A stretch of DNA of 64,000 nucleotides from positions 456,816,001 to 456,880,000 of the forward strand of contig NC_067399.1 of the NCBI RefSeq assembly GCF_016432865.1, written 5' to 3'. Source of the stretch: Antechinus flavipes. Its lineage: Eukaryota. The first letter of the stretch is position 1; every line of letters begins with the position of its first letter. Both the position numbers and the translations under genes were made by a program. Of the stretch, positions 62,871-64,000 are shown piece after piece. The notes under the pieces are model-generated. The model was not told the DNA's origin. It did no database searches and worked only from the letters and a program-made list of their open reading frames with translations.

Positions 62871-64000
62871 CAGAGCTATAATCTCTGGAGCCAAATAGAA
62901 CAAGACTAATCTCTTGGCCACCTAACCCCAGTTCAAATAATTGAAAGAGAGAGATCCTATCTTTCATAAATCTTCTCTTCTATAGCTTAAACATCTCCAT
63001 TAAAAAAAAATATTGCTTGTCTTCCTCAAAGGCTCTCAATGTAGTTCCTAAAATGTGGAGAATCCTACTTTGGAGAATTTCCCTAGATCTGAAAGCTCTC
63101 ATCCAAGTCTTTAATTTTAACAGACCAGAGCTATCTTTTGGGACAGGAGTCAAATCTATTCCATGTATAGGCCAGGGCTTTTCCAGCCCTCTTTGGTTCT
63201 CTCCCTTACTCCCTTAGATACCTTCTCCACTATTCCATGCCAGCAACTTCACCAAAGGAACAAGAGGTATTGGATAGAAGCTCTAATGTAAGTCTCCACC
63301 TAGGGACTCCACAAAGATGCTGTCTGGAGCTTCTTACTATGTGTAAACTAATAATTCAATCCCTAAATCCCCCTAGCTTCAGGTCAGCCCCCTCAGCCCA
63401 GTCCAAGACAAGGGTTAGAGCTACAAGTGACTTTGAGAGGTCAATTCCTCCATGCCCCTGGCTTGGGGCCAGACCACTCTGAGCCACCCAATCCCTCCCC
63501 AAGGCAGAGGATACCCTCTCCTATTTTTAAAGACTACCCAGAAAAAGGATGTCATCCAGCCCCTTCAGCCCCCATCCAGCGTCAAGCTTCCCTCACTGTC
63601 CAGGACCCTCCCAGGCTGTAGCCCTTGGAATATATCACACTGTCAGGAGGTGAGAGAGACGCAGACTGGGTGGCAGGAGAGCCAAGAGAATAAGACCCTC
63701 AAAGCAGAGTTTTCCTTTAGAGGCCCTTAACTCTCAAACCGTCTTGCCTGAAGAGCGCTGGAGTGACAGAAAACATTTTCCAAGCCTCCTAATATCAGTT
63801 CCAGATGTTCACAGTCATTCCAGTGTGTACTTCACCCTGTAAAACACATTTCCCTCTCCCGCTCCCCCTCCCTCCATTTCCCTCCCTCTCCCTCTCTCCA
63901 AGCTCAGAGCCTGAGTCTCCTATGACATCACTCTGTGGCTGGCCCAACAGCAGGCAGACAGAGAGGGCCCCATGTGCCTTCAAAAAAAGAGCCCGATCTG

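Overview
Mammalian genomic DNA, almost certainly marsupial and probably dasyuromorph, judged from its repeats (WSINE1-type and Mar1-type CORE-SINEs, marsupial L1 3' UTRs, abundant MIR/MIR3/L2/CR1) and strong CpG depletion. I recognise no protein-coding gene, structural RNA gene or CRISPR array. The only ORF-track entries with recognisable homology are L1 ORF1/ORF2 remnants; the rest are chance ORFs, GA/CT low-complexity reads or frames running through N gaps. Roughly half the window (by eye) is transposon-derived, often nested, and several target-site duplications (TSDs) are still readable. These include two solo ERV LTRs with 6-bp TSDs, a three-layer L2>L1>L1 nest, and two L1 copies sharing one internal ORF2 deletion junction. 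The non-repeat highlights are an orphan CpG island (about 15430-16700) with a strong CTCF-type site, flanked by long purine/pyrimidine tracts, and several homeodomain-motif-rich unique segments (about 27.5, 35.9 and 49.8 kb) that look like developmental enhancers. Several well-formed plus-strand exon-like units could belong to an unannotated spliced transcript. Repeat family names and motif calls come from recalled consensus sequences, not from searches. I cannot support a claim of a wholly new biological system; the best leads are regulatory and transposon-evolutionary.
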